The notes under the pieces: model-generated
What the model was told of the DNA's origin: nothing
The model's input: only the letters and a program-made list of their open reading frames with translations
The model's database searches: none
Translations under genes and position numbers: made by a program
Part shown: positions 63,921 to 64,000 of the stretch, in pieces
Position numbering within the stretch: the first letter of the stretch is position 1
Layout of the letters: every line of letters starts with the position of its first letter
Origin: Candidatus Nealsonbacteria bacterium DGGOD1a
GTDB taxonomy: Bacteria > Patescibacteriota > Minisyncoccia > Minisyncoccales > UBA5738
Direction: 5' to 3'
Length of the DNA: 64,000 nt
Assembly (NCBI GenBank): GCA_022530585.1
Contig: CP092821.1
Span: 70,222-134,221 of the forward strand

Positions 63921-64000
63921 CCTTCGCTGAAGCTACGGCGGACAAGCCCGTTTCATCCTTTGGGCGATATTTCTTCTTTCTCCATTATCCTATATCGTAA

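Noticed and set aside
63638-64000. ORF 63638-64000 (+) and ORF 63689-63898 (-).
   Set aside because: They run across two tRNA genes and GC-rich hairpin repeats, so their peptide content is repeat-derived.

Overview
This 64-kb window reads like a reduced-genome, CPR/Patescibacteria-type bacterium. That placement is inferred from gene content, shortened housekeeping proteins and repeat style, and no search could be run. Almost all genes are on the + strand under the standard genetic code. The housekeeping backbone includes a NadM-NadE fusion, TatD, a P-type ATPase and a complete F1Fo ATP synthase operon (atpB-Z-E-F-H-A-G-D-C). It also includes DUF47/PiT phosphate uptake, tgt, nusA, a trigger factor without a PPIase domain, clpP, rny and ligA. 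There are six tRNAs: Ser-GCT, Ser-TGA, Ala-CGC, Phe-GAA, Gly-TCC and Pro-TGG. Accessory content includes Fic, a frameshifted HicB-like gene, DinJ-like, MNT/HEPN and Phd/RelE modules, and an ArsR-thioredoxin-permease-CcdA cluster. A 47-61 kb block encodes Cys-rich, BNR-propeller and lipase-like secreted proteins with duplicated cassettes and pilin genes. The most unusual locus is a ~5.85-kb element next to tRNA-Ala (32.7-38.6 kb). It carries a large serine recombinase, a nested IS200-like element and AT-rich cargo. It has two nested inverted-repeat pairs (124 bp and 219 bp) whose three junctions share a CCAC core, in an attL / inverted-attP / attR-like pattern. A densely structured ~650-bp non-coding region lies at its right end. 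The window also holds several repeat families: AT-rich intergenic palindromes (some inside the atp operon), a 38-nt GC-rich nested hairpin, an in-frame palindromic insertion in tgt, and two ~170-180-bp long palindromes. All calls rest on reading motifs by eye, with no database or folding computation.
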